A stretch of DNA of 48,556 bases from an uncultured Cocleimonas sp. (GCA_937974135.1 CALJIH010000289.1:1-48556), one strand, 5' to 3'; positions 29,639-39,059 are shown, counted from the stretch's first letter. Made by a program: numbers and translations. Notes: a model not told the origin generated them from the letters alone.

Positions 29639-30397
29639 ATGAATGAAAAAGAACTCAGCCGCTATGCTCGTCAAATACGCTTAAATCAAATTGGCGAAGC
29701 TGGTCAACAGAAATTACTAGATTCCACAGCGTTGATCATTGGAATGGGTGGCTTAGGTTCACCTGTTGCCATGTACCTTGCAGCAGCAGGAATAGGAAAG
29801 TTAATTATCAGCGATTTTGATCAAGTCGAAGATTCTAATCTGCAACGTCAAATCGTACATCGAACCCAAGATATTGGTGAGCTAAAAGCGTTATCGGCAA
29901 AACGCACGATTGCAGAAATTAACCCCGATTGTGTGGTTGAAGCCATTGATTGGGAATTAGATGAAGATGAACTCGAACAGCGTCTATCTGAAGCAGATAT
30001 CGTCTTAGATTGTTCAGATAATTTTCCGACGCGCTTTGCGATCAATCGCGCCAGTGTAAAAACGAATACGCCCTTAGTATCAGGCGCTGCAATTCGTATC
30101 GAAGGTCAAATAGCCAGTTATATCCCCAATACTGATGGACCTTGCTATCAATGTTTGTATAAACAGCAGTTTGAGAGCACTGAAACCTGTGCCATGGAAG
30201 GAGTGTTATCACCAGTTGTTGGTGTTATTGGCACAATGCAAGCCTTGCAAGCTATTCTCATCCTCACAGGCCATGCTGACAATGTAAATGGTAAGCTATT
30301 ACTGTTTGATGGCTTGAGTATGGAATGGCAAAGAGTACAAGTGCCCAAAAACCCTAATTGTGCCTGCTGTGGTTCCCAGGAACCCAGTAGGAAGTAA
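29639..30397 (+). CDS. moeB: molybdopterin synthase adenylyltransferase (MoeB/ThiF)
   Basis: RYARQI, GMGGLG, SNLQRQ, DCSDNF, CYQC and CACC Zn motifs. Confidence 0.92.
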   Translation: MNEKELSRYARQIRLNQIGEAGQQKLLDSTALIIGMGGLGSPVAMYLAAAGIGKLIISDFDQVEDSNLQRQIVHRTQDIGELKALSAKRTIAEINPDCVVEAIDWELDEDELEQRLSEADIVLDCSDNFPTRFAINRASVKTNTPLVSGAAIRIEGQIASYIPNTDGPCYQCLYKQQFESTETCAMEGVLSPVVGVIGTMQALQAILILTGHADNVNGKLLLFDGLSMEWQRVQVPKNPNCACCGSQEPSRK

Positions 30398-30466
30398 AAT
30401 AATTTGCCTAAGGAAATATCGAGGAAGGATGAAACAACGCTAGCAATATGGTTGAATGCACTGTTC

Positions 30467-30492
30467 AAAACCCTATAAAAGTAGGGGGGTGT
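30467..30492 (+). repeat. REP-like short repeat copy (family A)
   Basis: AAAACCCTATAAAAGTAGGGGGGTGT. Confidence 0.85.
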
Positions 30493-30505
30493 GATTTAGT
30501 AATTC

Positions 30506-30925
30506 TTAAGCTTGTTCCCAAGGTAAACCATTGAAACGCCAACCATTTAAGGTGCCACGCTGGTGATTCTCATCTCGATCACCTTCAAAGCCATCGGTAA
30601 TATGATAGATATTTGTCATACCTTTTTCGATAAGTTCTAGGCCAGCTTTTTCTGATCGATTTCCGCTTCGACATATCAATATAATAGGGCAGTTATTATT
30701 TGTACTGGCTTTCTGCATCTGATGAATTTCTTTGTAAAAATTCGGATTAAATTCCCAATCTGGATCATCCATCCATGCGACATGGGTACTTTCAGTAGGA
30801 TGACCAATGAAGAGATATTCCATTGAAGTACGGATGTCTATTAGCTGTGCTTCAGGATTTTCTTTGAGTAATTGAGAAGCTTCGAGCGAGTTTAAATGGC
30901 CTAGTTCTGTAATTGGTTCTGACAT
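30506..30925 (-). CDS. single-domain rhodanese (sulfurtransferase)
   Basis: LIDIR..E..GH, active-site loop CRSGNRS, GW..GLPW. Confidence 0.92.
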   Translation of the reverse strand: MSEPITELGHLNSLEASQLLKENPEAQLIDIRTSMEYLFIGHPTESTHVAWMDDPDWEFNPNFYKEIHQMQKASTNNNCPIILICRSGNRSEKAGLELIEKGMTNIYHITDGFEGDRDENHQRGTLNGWRFNGLPWEQA

Positions 30926-30950
30926 AAATGTTTTCTACTGACAATGAATG

Positions 30951-32003
30951 TTACTTATCTAAAACTTCAAATAAAACTAAAAACGTTTTTTGTAATGGAT
31001 TGTTATTGTTGTCAGAAACCATTAAATATTGATTGTCGCGAAAATGTGTAAGACCTTCAAAATTATCTAAAATCCAGCCTTCTGATGTATCTAATCTTGC
31101 AAGGTTTTCAGTTTCACAAAAGCTATTTTTATCGCATTTATTTAAGTTTAGTTGGCGTAAGCTTATCACTACGGGTGATAAAAGCCCATTGTAAGCTCTC
31201 TCAAGAATTAACAGTTTATCTTTAGAAAGAATCTCTAACGCAGTTATCGAGCTATTTTTAACTTTTGAAGCGGCAAAGTGCCACTCTTTACCGGTGCTCG
31301 AATAAACCGTTTGCTGATTCAATGGCTTGGCTTTCAATGGTTTTTCAGAAGCGGTCAGCACACCATAATGAGGATGCAACGCTACACTTTCTAACGCTTT
31401 ATTTTTAGCTCTAAAGTACTTTCTTTTACGTAACTTCTTAACCGTTTTAATTTTACTTAAAAATTGACCATTGCTTGAAAACTTTGCAATTCGAGGTTTA
31501 TTCTCAAAAGAAATAATGAGTTCCGAGTCTCCACGTTTGCCATTATTACCATTCACTAAAGTTAAACCCTCGGAATCACTAAATTTACCTTTTAATGCTT
31601 GTTTTTGTTGGTCAAGCAATGGCATCGCAGCGACAATTTTTACATGACTCAAGGAATCATTTTTTATGTTTAATTTTAAATGATAAAGAAATCCTTCATC
31701 TGAAATTGAATACAAAAGCTGCTCATCTTCATCCCAAGCAAGATCGGATAATTCAACAATTGGAAATGAGTTTATGTTTTTTGATTGTATTAAATAACTA
31801 CTAAGAATATTAATTCGTGAATGAGAGGAGGCTGTATCTGAGTGACCTAGATTTTCCGGTTTTATTGAATAGTTATATGCATTGGCATTGTTTGTGCCAC
31901 ATGCACTGATTAAGGTCAGCGTTGATAGTAACAACCATAAAAAAAGCCGTTGACGAATAAATGTCAACGGCTTTAGCGAGTTAAATGTAAACGATATAAG
32001 CAT
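30951..32003 (-). CDS. phytase-like/esterase-like beta-propeller protein, probable lipoprotein
   Basis: ELSDL, ISD.G, DSEGL, LER, DNFEG, VSDNN motifs; ISAC lipobox; start uncertain. Confidence 0.75.
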   Translation of the reverse strand: MLISFTFNSLKPLTFIRQRLFLWLLLSTLTLISACGTNNANAYNYSIKPENLGHSDTASSHSRINILSSYLIQSKNINSFPIVELSDLAWDEDEQLLYSISDEGFLYHLKLNIKNDSLSHVKIVAAMPLLDQQKQALKGKFSDSEGLTLVNGNNGKRGDSELIISFENKPRIAKFSSNGQFLSKIKTVKKLRKRKYFRAKNKALESVALHPHYGVLTASEKPLKAKPLNQQTVYSSTGKEWHFAASKVKNSSITALEILSKDKLLILERAYNGLLSPVVISLRQLNLNKCDKNSFCETENLARLDTSEGWILDNFEGLTHFRDNQYLMVSDNNNNPLQKTFLVLFEVLDK

Positions 32004-32034
32004 AGGCGTTACTATATCGCTTATTTTGTATAAC

Positions 32035-32790
32035 TCAACTTTTGATAGGGCTTAATTGTCCTTTAAGAATCCGGCGACCTGTAGGTTCTACAACTTCCTT
32101 GCCTTGTTTTTCAACAGTTACAGCAAGCGAACCAATATTTTGTAGGTTTATCCATTCTTCTTCACTGATATCTAGTTTGGTAATACCCGTTTTAGAGATA
32201 GTGCCCATTTTCATTGGTTTAGCACCCGATTTAGGGTGGCACCAAAGTGTAAGTTCCATACCATCTGCAACTACCATTGGTTTCATAATATCAATGGTGA
32301 GTTTCATTTCCGATTTCTGAATTTTAGTCGTAGCAATGGCTTCTCCGTTAGCGTCGTATTCCATCGCTGCGGTGTAGGATGCAATTGCTGCTGGGTCAAT
32401 TCCAGTCTTAGGATCAACATTCAAAGCGATAACCACTACAGCTAGTGCAGCTGCCATACCGAAACCTTGTTTGAAGAAACTCGTTTGCCACCAAGGAGTC
32501 TTTACTTCTTGTTCTACTGTAACATCTTCGACTGGATTCTCTTTAATGTGCGCTTGAATGTTGTTCCAAACGGCATCAGAGGGTTTCTTTTCTGGCAATA
32601 ATTCTACCAAATTGGCAAATTTTGCTTCATAAGCATCAACGGTAGCTTTTAGATAAAAATGGGTATCCATTAATACTTCAAAACGTTCGCGAGCGCGTCC
32701 TTGCAATGAGCCGACGGCGTATTCCATCGCCAGAAGTTCGAAAACTTCAGGGTTTTGGTAGCGCTTTGGCGTACTTTTTAATTCATGCAT
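32035..32790 (-). CDS. anti-sigma factor (RskA-like)
   Basis: LAMEYAVGSL..ARERFE, P..VW..I, one TM helix, LW..P, LAVTVE; overlaps the sigma gene. Confidence 0.85.
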   Translation of the reverse strand: MHELKSTPKRYQNPEVFELLAMEYAVGSLQGRARERFEVLMDTHFYLKATVDAYEAKFANLVELLPEKKPSDAVWNNIQAHIKENPVEDVTVEQEVKTPWWQTSFFKQGFGMAAALAVVVIALNVDPKTGIDPAAIASYTAAMEYDANGEAIATTKIQKSEMKLTIDIMKPMVVADGMELTLWCHPKSGAKPMKMGTISKTGITKLDISEEEWINLQNIGSLAVTVEKQGKEVVEPTGRRILKGQLSPIKS

Positions 32791-33320
32791 GGTCTTAAAT
32801 CCTCTAGGCCTCTTCTAATCCAAGCCTTAATTGTTCCAAGAGGTTTGTCGAGTTTGTCGGCAAGCTCTTGATGTGTGTGTCCATAATAATAGGACAATAA
32901 AATACATTCTTTCTGGTCAGGCTTCAGCTTGTTTAAGCAAGTCATCAAACCTTGTATATCTTGGCTTAAATCTTGTAAGCCTTCTGGTTCAAGTTCGCTA
33001 GATGCAAAATCCAAACCTTCGTATTCTATTTCGGTTTCGGACGGTTTAGTTTTCAAACTTCTTAGTTTGTCCAAACCTTTATTGCGAATAACAGTGGACA
33101 TCCACGTCATCGCCTTTCCTTTACCTGGGGTATAAGTGTCAGCTTTATCCCAAATTTTTATAAAGCCTTCTTGCAGAACGTCTTCAGCAAGTGCTTCTGT
33201 TCTCATTAAACGCAAGCTTAAGCTCATTAATTTTGGCGATGCTTGCTCATACAGTTGCTTAAAAGCTAACTGGTCTCCTTTTGCTGTCTTATGCAGCAAA
33301 TCAGCGTAAATGTCTTCCAT
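32778..33320 (-). CDS. ECF sigma factor (SigK/RpoT-like)
   Basis: AEDVLQEGFIKIW, TWM..IRN, PLGTIKAWIRRGL. Confidence 0.92.
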   Translation of the reverse strand: MEDIYADLLHKTAKGDQLAFKQLYEQASPKLMSLSLRLMRTEALAEDVLQEGFIKIWDKADTYTPGKGKAMTWMSTVIRNKGLDKLRSLKTKPSETEIEYEGLDFASSELEPEGLQDLSQDIQGLMTCLNKLKPDQKECILLSYYYGHTHQELADKLDKPLGTIKAWIRRGLEDLRPCMN

Positions 33321-33374
33321 TCTTTTTCACTTTATCGTTATGTTAGTAAAAGCGTAATTTCTGTTGTTAATTTT

Positions 33375-33404
33375 ATATACGCAAGTAAATAATTTCTAGA
33401 TGCA
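33375..33404 (-). promoter_or_regulatory. candidate ECF autoregulatory promoter
   Basis: TGCATCT-N16-CGTATAT; same layout as 39031-39059. Confidence 0.7.
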
Positions 33405-33430
33405 AAAAAGGCCCCAAAAGGAGCCTTTTT
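33404..33430 (-). terminator. terminator after pnp
   Basis: A-run, GGCCCC-AAAA-GGAGCC, T-run. Confidence 0.8.
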
Positions 33431-33456
33431 AATTTAATTAGAATCTTTCCAGTAAA

Positions 33457-35550
33457 TTAAGATTCTGCTTCAACTTCTTTCATGCTCAAACGCATACGAC
33501 CTTGGCGGTCAATTTCAAGCAATTTAACTTTAACTTCATCACCTTCACTTAAGTGATCGCCAACTTTCTCAACACGCTCATTACTGATCTGTGAGATATG
33601 AACTAAGCCATCTTTACCAGGCAGAATCGTAACAAATGCACCGAATTCCATGATCTTAGCCACTTTACCTTCGTAAATTTTACCCACCTCAGCTTCAGCA
33701 GTAATGTCTTCGATGATTTTCTTGGCAGCTTCAGCAGCAGCGCCGTCAACCGCAGATATTTTGATTGCACCTGTGTCATCGATATCAACTTGCGCACCTG
33801 TTTGTTCAGTAATTCCGCGAATTGTCTCACCGCCTTTACCGATAACTTCACGAATTTTATCAGGGTTAATCTTCATCGTGACATAACGAGGTGCAAAGTC
33901 AGAAATATCATCACGTGATTCTGAAATTACTTTGTTCATTTCATCAAGAATATGTAAACGTGCTGTTTGTGCTTGTTCAAGCGCAATTTCCATAATCTCT
34001 TTGGTGATGCCATCAATCTTGATATCCATTTGCAGTGCGTTGATACCATCTTTAGTACCTGCCACTTTAAAATCCATATCACCTAAGTGATCTTCGTCGC
34101 CCAAGATATCGGTTAATACAGCAAACTTTTCGCCTTCTTTAACCAGACCCATTGCGATACCCGCAACTGGTGCTTTAATTGGAACACCGGCGTCCATCAA
34201 TGATAGTGATGTACCACAAACTGAAGCCATTGAGCTTGAACCGTTTGATTCTGTAATTTCAGAAACAACACGGATTGTGTAAGGGAATGATTCTTGATCT
34301 GGCATAACTGCAAGAACACCGCGTTTAGCTAAACGACCATGGCCAATTTCACGACGTCCTGGACTACCTGTACGACCTGTTTCACCAACAGAGTATGGAG
34401 GGAAGTTGTAATGAAGCATGAATGCGTCTTTGAAAGAACCCTGCAGTGCATCAACGATTTGTGCATCGCGAGTTGTACCAAGCGTTGTTACAACCAATGC
34501 TTGTGTTTCACCACGAGTGAATAGTGCAGAACCGTGAGTACGTGGTAAAACGCCTACACGTGATTCAATGCCACGAACTGTTGAGCTGTCACGACCATCA
34601 ATACGAGGCTCACCCGCAATAATTCGGCTACGAACTATGCTTTTCTCTAATGATTTAAATGCATCACTCACATCACCTTCTTCAGGAGAATCTTCAGCAT
34701 CTGTAATTAATGCTTCCATTAATTTCGTTTTAGCTGCTGCGATCTTGTCTTGACGATCCATTTTGTCAGCCGTTGAAAACGCATCTTTAAGATCAGCTTC
34801 ACAAATATCAGCAACAGATTTAGCCAATGCTTCATCTTTTTCAGCAGCTTGCCATTCCCAAGTTTCGTTATCCACTTCTGAAGCAAATTCTTTGATTGCC
34901 GCAATCGCTGATTGCATTTGATCGTGACCGTAAACTACCGCACCTAACATGATTTCTTCAGAAAGCTCTTTCGCTTCTGATTCAACCATTAATACCGCTT
35001 GGTCAGTACCTGCAACGATTAAGTCTAGATCAGACTCTTCTAATTCAGTCGCACTTGGGTTTAAGATGTAATCGCCATCTTTATAGCCTACCTGTGCTGC
35101 ACCGATAGGGCCAGCAAACGGAATGCCTGAAGCTGCTAGTGCTGCAGAAGTACCCAGCATTGCTGCTACGTCAGGTAAAACTTCTGGGTTTAAAGACACA
35201 ACTGTGATGATTACCTGAACTTCGTTCATGTATCCGTCAGGAAATAAAGGACGAATAGGGCGATCAATCAAACGTGCCAATAATGTTTCGCCTTCACTTG
35301 GACGACCTTCACGGCGGAAGAAACCACCCGGTATTTTACCTGCAGCGTAAGTCTTCTCTTGGTAATTTACAGTTAATGGGAAAAATGACTGCCCTGGCTT
35401 TGCTTCTTTTCGGCCTACAACCGAAACAAAAACTACCGTGCCACCCATATCTACTTTTACAGCGGCATGTGCTTGGCGAGCAATTTCACCCATTTCAATT
35501 TCTACGGTGTGATTACCGTATTCAAACGTTGTTGTTACAACATCAAACAT
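33457..35550 (-). CDS. pnp: polynucleotide phosphorylase
   Basis: two RNase PH domains, [21 protein letters not shown] and S1 domains. Confidence 0.99.
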   Translation of the reverse strand: MFDVVTTTFEYGNHTVEIEMGEIARQAHAAVKVDMGGTVVFVSVVGRKEAKPGQSFFPLTVNYQEKTYAAGKIPGGFFRREGRPSEGETLLARLIDRPIRPLFPDGYMNEVQVIITVVSLNPEVLPDVAAMLGTSAALAASGIPFAGPIGAAQVGYKDGDYILNPSATELEESDLDLIVAGTDQAVLMVESEAKELSEEIMLGAVVYGHDQMQSAIAAIKEFASEVDNETWEWQAAEKDEALAKSVADICEADLKDAFSTADKMDRQDKIAAAKTKLMEALITDAEDSPEEGDVSDAFKSLEKSIVRSRIIAGEPRIDGRDSSTVRGIESRVGVLPRTHGSALFTRGETQALVVTTLGTTRDAQIVDALQGSFKDAFMLHYNFPPYSVGETGRTGSPGRREIGHGRLAKRGVLAVMPDQESFPYTIRVVSEITESNGSSSMASVCGTSLSLMDAGVPIKAPVAGIAMGLVKEGEKFAVLTDILGDEDHLGDMDFKVAGTKDGINALQMDIKIDGITKEIMEIALEQAQTARLHILDEMNKVISESRDDISDFAPRYVTMKINPDKIREVIGKGGETIRGITEQTGAQVDIDDTGAIKISAVDGAAAEAAKKIIEDITAEAEVGKIYEGKVAKIMEFGAFVTILPGKDGLVHISQISNERVEKVGDHLSEGDEVKVKLLEIDRQGRMRLSMKEVEAES

Positions 35551-35591
35551 ATTTATTTATCCTTAATGATATTTTTTAGTGTGTCGAAATA

Positions 35592-35668
35592 GCCATGAAG
35601 GGTGTTTATAGAAATCATTTTAAATTTGAGATGCCAAAAATAACTTTTATAAACATCCTAGCTATGGC
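35592..35668 (-). promoter_or_regulatory. long stem in the pnp leader (probable RNase III processing site)
   Basis: GCCAT..GGGTGTTTATAGAA pairs with TTTTATAAACATCC..ATGGC; same position as the E. coli pnp leader stem. Confidence 0.6.
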
Positions 35669-35677
35669 GAATAATGA

Positions 35678-35703
35678 AAAACACCGCACGAATGCGGTGT
35701 TTT
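35678..35703 (-). terminator. terminator after rpsO
   Basis: AAAACACCGCA-CGAA-TGCGGTGTTTT. Confidence 0.88.
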
Positions 35704-35713
35704 ATAACTGCTG

Positions 35714-35983
35714 TTAGCGACGAATACCGAGACGCTTAATTAAGTCTTGATAACGCGCTGAATCTTTACGATTTAAGTAATCGAGCAAGTTACGGCGCTG
35801 GTTTACCATTCTCAATAAACCACGACGTGAGTGATGGTCTTGCTTGTGAATTTTAAAATGCTCCGTAAGATGCTTGATATTTGCTGTTAATAGCGCAATC
35901 TGCACTTCCGAAGACCCGGTGTCAGTGTCTGACAAGCGATATTCGGCTACGATTTTCGCTTTAGTTTCTGCGTTCAGAGACAT
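35714..35983 (-). CDS. rpsO: 30S ribosomal protein S15
   Basis: [21 protein letters not shown]. Confidence 0.99.
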   Translation of the reverse strand: MSLNAETKAKIVAEYRLSDTDTGSSEVQIALLTANIKHLTEHFKIHKQDHHSRRGLLRMVNQRRNLLDYLNRKDSARYQDLIKRLGIRR

Positions 35984-36090
35984 ATATTCCTAAGTTCCAG
36001 AGGTTGAATCTACTTTAGCTATTGCTGTGAGTAGAGGTTAAAAAAAGTATGCGTAAAATTAAATCTCAAAAGAATAATACGGATACCCTA
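35973..36090 (-). promoter_or_regulatory. probable S15 autoregulatory leader
   Basis: stem GTATCCGTA/TACGCATAC whose loop GAGAT can pair with GTCTC at the start of rpsO; extended -10 TGTTACAAT and GC-rich discriminator at about 36095-36110. Confidence 0.5.
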
Positions 36091-36188
36091 AAAAGCCGCG
36101 CATTGTAACACGCATATATAGCCAAAGTAAGCTTTAAAAGCCTAATTTATCGGTATTTTGTATCAGGCAATCATACTTAAGAATGGTT

Positions 36189-36211
36189 AAAAGTGGGGGG
36201 GTGTCTTTTTT
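36189..36211 (+). repeat. REP-like short repeat copy (family A)
   Basis: AAAAGTGGGGGGGTGTCTTTTTT. Confidence 0.88.
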
Positions 36212-36329
36212 AAGTTTTTAAACTATAAAAACGAGCTATAGCAAAGCTTACACAATACTTTCACTGTGGCTCAAAATGGAAGTTTTTGAAAAGAACTGCT
36301 TATATGTAGGGGGAGCTTTTACACGCGTT

Positions 36330-36860
36330 TTATTTTGTTTTTCGCTCAAAGCCTAACCAGTGATCTAAGGAAATTTTACCAGGGCCAATAATGATTAGAG
36401 CCGCGGCAATACCCGCCCACCACATGGCAGGGTTTACCCAATGCGACCATGTCGGGAAGACAGCCAATTGAATAAAGATTGTCATTATCAAAATACCTAG
36501 TGCGGCAAAGCGTGTGAATAAACCGATCATAATTAATGCCGGTAAAATGATTTCTGCAACACCTGCGGTAACTGCTAGGTATTTGATATAGGTGACTGTT
36601 GTAGAACCTTCTACATATTCTAAAGTTTTAGGATCACAAAGTAATAATGCGCCTGCGCGAGGTTCTTCAGGACAGAAAAATTCGTATAAGAATAAATCGT
36701 AGACACCAGGGTCAGGTTTTAAAAAGCCGTTCCACTTCGCCATACCTGAGGTGAAGAAAACAAAAAATAGCTGCCAGCGAAGACCCAATAATGCAATGGG
36801 TTTGAATATTATGTTGAACCATTCAAAAACAGTAATGTAAATAGTATGGATTAAATTCAT
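36330..36860 (-). CDS. DoxX-family membrane protein (BufD-like)
   Basis: FFTSG..K, AEIILP..GLFTRFAA, GPGKISLD. Confidence 0.88.
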   Translation of the reverse strand: MNLIHTIYITVFEWFNIIFKPIALLGLRWQLFFVFFTSGMAKWNGFLKPDPGVYDLFLYEFFCPEEPRAGALLLCDPKTLEYVEGSTTVTYIKYLAVTAGVAEIILPALIMIGLFTRFAALGILIMTIFIQLAVFPTWSHWVNPAMWWAGIAAALIIIGPGKISLDHWLGFERKTK

Positions 36861-36869
36861 AATTTCACT

Positions 36870-37682
36870 CTATTGTTGTAGCAATTGTGCGTTTAGGAGC
36901 TCTGCAAATAAGGTTGATATATCAAAGCTTTCATCATTTTCCAAAGCACGGTTGCTGGCAGTATCAATGTCTGCATTTTGTTTAAGGCATGTCATAAAAA
37001 CGGCTTCACTAACTGACAAAGGTTTGGCTTGTACTTGTAAATCCATTTGCCAAAAAAGCACTGAATTTTTATGTTCTTTTAGTTCTATCTTTTGCTCATC
37101 ATCAAGATCAGCAAATCGTAATTGTCCCCATAATTCAAATATATCAAAATCAAGCGCAACTATGCGACTAGAGTCTACCAAAGTAAGAGGCAGTTCACCT
37201 AAATCGATACCTTGAGAAATCATTTCTTGAACAGCCGGCAGCGTTAAAAACGTTTCTCCATTCTCGTTAAGTGATTCTGACCACGCTTGATCTAAGCGAC
37301 AAATATCCATTACGTAAGGATACTGAGCAATCACTTCGGCTAAATCGTCTTGCATAAATTGAATAAAACTTGGCGATGAAGATTCTTCAAAATATTCATC
37401 AAAACCGTACCCGATGAGTGTTGCGGCTTTAGGTGGAGCAAGATTGACATAGGCGCTAGCTACTTGTGAAAAATAATCCTCTCCCCACAGCTTAACTAAG
37501 CAAGGAAAGTTACTTTCAAGTGCACTGATACTGGCTCTGATAAAACCATTTCGATAGACGCTTAAAAACGCAGCAGGTCTGCTTTCTTCTAAATAAGTTG
37601 AGACAGCATCTCTTTCACCTGACTGCATAAATTGCTGAAAAGCATTTAAATAATAATCATGTGAATAGCTTTCAGTCGTCAT
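36870..37682 (-). CDS. DUF2063-family MNIO partner protein (BufC/HvfC-like)
   Basis: VYRN..AL..NFP..L.GE.YF, YG..F, D..RLD.AW; follows the DUF692 gene. Confidence 0.85.
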   Translation of the reverse strand: MTTESYSHDYYLNAFQQFMQSGERDAVSTYLEESRPAAFLSVYRNGFIRASISALESNFPCLVKLWGEDYFSQVASAYVNLAPPKAATLIGYGFDEYFEESSSPSFIQFMQDDLAEVIAQYPYVMDICRLDQAWSESLNENGETFLTLPAVQEMISQGIDLGELPLTLVDSSRIVALDFDIFELWGQLRFADLDDEQKIELKEHKNSVLFWQMDLQVQAKPLSVSEAVFMTCLKQNADIDTASNRALENDESFDISTLFAELLNAQLLQQ

Positions 37683-38607
37683 AAGTCAATGCTGGCTTTG
37701 AGTATTTGGGTAGTTCTGTGGATTTGCTTAATATCGAATAAGCTTGGTTACGTTCAACCATTAATTCACCAAATTCGGGTAAATTGTCATCTCGTTCTAA
37801 TAGCACTGGCTTAGGCCCTAAAATTGATAAAGCAGTTTCCAATAAGTCCCAAACGGCTTGATCCACAGGTGCAGCATGACTATCGATCAGTAAATCTTCT
37901 GGGTAATTAGGGTCAGGATCAAATCCAGCGATATGAATTTCCCCTACCTTTGTCGGATCTAAAGATTCTAAATAATGTTTTGGATTTAATTGCGTGTTTC
38001 GATAGCTCAGGTATAAATTATTAACATCAATAAGTAACCCTGCGCCAGTACGTGATGCCGCTTCCATCAAAAAATCGGCTTCATCCATTTCCGCAACAAA
38101 ATCTAAGTAATTCGTAGGATTTTCAACGAGGATATTTCTTCCAATAGCATCTTGATAACGATTAATGCCATCGCAAAGGCAGTTCAGTGCCTGTTGTGTT
38201 CGTGGTAATGGCAGTAAATCAGAAAAATATGCGTGTTGGCTAGTTGACCAAGTCGCATGTTCAGATACTAATACCGGATTGAAACGATTAACCAAATTGG
38301 CAACTTGTGCCAAATGGTCTGTGGTGATTTTCGCAGGTCTCTCATTAAATGAACCGAGAGAGCCTGCGACACCGTGAAAGCTTAATGGAAAGCTTTCAGC
38401 AATTGCTTCTAAATAACGAAGTCTTGGCCCACCTTTTACAAAATAGTTTTCAGTATGTACTTCAAACCAAAGTTCTGATGCTGTGCCTGGATAACTTTTC
38501 GAACTAGCTAATGAGAGTGCTTCCTCATAATGCTGTGGTTTCAAATTTATCCCTGCACCTGACAGTGTTGACTGCTTGGCATCAAATTGGGCCAAATGAC
38601 TTTTCAT
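37672..38607 (-). CDS. DUF692 multinuclear non-heme iron oxidative enzyme (MNIO, BufB-like)
   Basis: FEVHTENY, SFHG, SEH, DLLPLP, VENP, DVNNLY, EIHIAG, IDSH, LERD. Confidence 0.93.
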   Translation of the reverse strand: MKSHLAQFDAKQSTLSGAGINLKPQHYEEALSLASSKSYPGTASELWFEVHTENYFVKGGPRLRYLEAIAESFPLSFHGVAGSLGSFNERPAKITTDHLAQVANLVNRFNPVLVSEHATWSTSQHAYFSDLLPLPRTQQALNCLCDGINRYQDAIGRNILVENPTNYLDFVAEMDEADFLMEAASRTGAGLLIDVNNLYLSYRNTQLNPKHYLESLDPTKVGEIHIAGFDPDPNYPEDLLIDSHAAPVDQAVWDLLETALSILGPKPVLLERDDNLPEFGELMVERNQAYSILSKSTELPKYSKPALTYDD

Positions 38608-38622
38608 TATTAGAATTTATGA

Positions 38623-38973
38623 CTATTTGATTTCAGTCTTAGAGCCTTTACCTGTTGGTGTAATAATGTGCTCACAAGTACCTTTTGGTGCATAAGTCCA
38701 TGCATTTTTCTGGAAATCAGATGTTGAAGTGCCTTGACAACTAGTACCTGGACCAGCAGCACAATCGTTTTCACCCGATAGAGCAATACCGAAACATTTG
38801 TCTTTACGACCTGAAATTGCGGCACCTTGTACCCAAGCATTAAAACTCTTTTTAGCACCCTCTGAGGCGTCTGCTGAAATTTTAAGTTGGCTGTTTGGTT
38901 TTGCAACTGAAACAGAAGTTAAAACGGCAAGAGTAGCGCCGGCGATTAGTGCAGAATTAATAGAATTTTTCAT
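38623..38973 (-). CDS. DUF2282 RiPP precursor (bufferin BufA1-like)
   Basis: Sec signal peptide; KCFGIA..GENDC..GPGTSC.GTS..W..P.GTC four-Cys pattern. Confidence 0.9.
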   Translation of the reverse strand: MKNSINSALIAGATLAVLTSVSVAKPNSQLKISADASEGAKKSFNAWVQGAAISGRKDKCFGIALSGENDCAAGPGTSCQGTSTSDFQKNAWTYAPKGTCEHIITPTGKGSKTEIK

Positions 38974-39030
38974 AATGTCCTTTTGTTAAATAGTTAGTAA
39001 AATTGAAGACATCTTGTGATGTCTATAAAA

Positions 39031-39059
39031 ATATACGCAATAGGTTTTAATTTAGATCA
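39031..39059 (-). promoter_or_regulatory. candidate ECF promoter of the RiPP operon
   Basis: TGATCT-N16-CGTATAT, followed by hairpin AGACATC-N4-GATGTCT at 39007-39024. Confidence 0.7.

Noticed and set aside
38610-38906. 98-aa alternative-frame ORF over the RiPP precursor
   Set aside because: Overlaps the clear DUF2282 gene on the same strand and has no family features.
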